From: Candidatus Micrarchaeota archaeon
Lineage (GTDB): Archaea; Micrarchaeota; Micrarchaeia; Anstonellales; Bilamarchaeaceae
Length of the DNA: 46,178 nucleotides
Assembly (NCBI GenBank): GCA_043816005.1
Contig: JBDRIM010000005.1
Coordinates: 1-46,178, forward strand
Reading direction: 5' to 3'
Part shown: positions 45,994 through 46,178 of the stretch, in pieces
Layout: the number at the start of each line of letters is the position of its first letter
How positions within the stretch are numbered: position 1 is the stretch's first letter
Translations under genes and position numbers: made by a program
The notes under the pieces: generated by a model
Seen by the model: only the letters and a program-made list of their open reading frames with translations
The model's database searches: none
What the model was told of the DNA's origin: nothing

Positions 45994-46176
45994 CTAGGTA
46001 CACTGAGCAGTATAGGGATTGCATTGATATCCTGGACAGCATACTGCTCCTCCAGCCTGTTCTCCACATAATCCACCAATGCCAACACAACCTACTGGTG
46101 GTTCTGGTGGTGGTCGATTGATACAGGTAAGAGATGTGCCACAAGCAAGTGGTGAACAACAGGTATCTGCACTACA
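45994..46176 (-). CDS. 5'-partial Cys-rich protein ending in knottin-like modules (absent from the ORF track)
   Basis: Translated by hand: CSADTCCSPLACGTSLTCINRPPPEPPVGCVGIGGLCGEQAGGAVCCPGYQCNPYTAQCT*. Open to the window edge. Confidence 0.75.
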   Translation of the reverse strand, partial: CSADTCCSPLACGTSLTCINRPPPEPPVGCVGIGGLCGEQAGGAVCCPGYQCNPYTAQCT

Positions 46177-46178
46177 GG

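Noticed and set aside
45810..46159. ORF-track calls 45810-46088 and 45968-46159
   Set aside because: The third minus-strand frame gives a coherent Cys-patterned protein end (45994-46176); these two are off-frame shadows.

Overview
A 46-kb, AT-rich, gene-dense chromosomal segment of an archaeon. Archaeal CDC48, fibrillarin, Pop5, Bud32, TrmI, RPA, YchF, a tRNA-splicing endonuclease subunit and intron-containing tRNAs support this. The compact or truncated genes and Cys-rich surface proteins suggest a DPANN lineage, probably Micrarchaeota (inference). It holds housekeeping genes, tRNA-Leu(CAA) with a 37/38 intron, tRNA-Glu(TTC) with a D-loop intron, and an SRP RNA. Three things stand out. (1) Two free-standing LAGLIDADG endonuclease genes each sit directly 5' of a conserved gene (ychF; tRNA-Glu). 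The ychF one is preceded by a dead copy of the ychF 5' end (MLIGIVGK...GK) and followed by an intact, recoded copy. This suggests homing elements that insert without an intron or intein and supply a replacement 5' end. (2) An operon of at least four paralogous CedA/VirB6-like membrane proteins plus a 1416-aa Cys-rich lipoprotein is a candidate host-contact or DNA-transfer apparatus. (3) Several intergenic regions are built from shared, shuffled short hairpin modules. No CRISPR array, rRNA or transposase was seen. All family assignments come from motif recognition by eye, not database searches.
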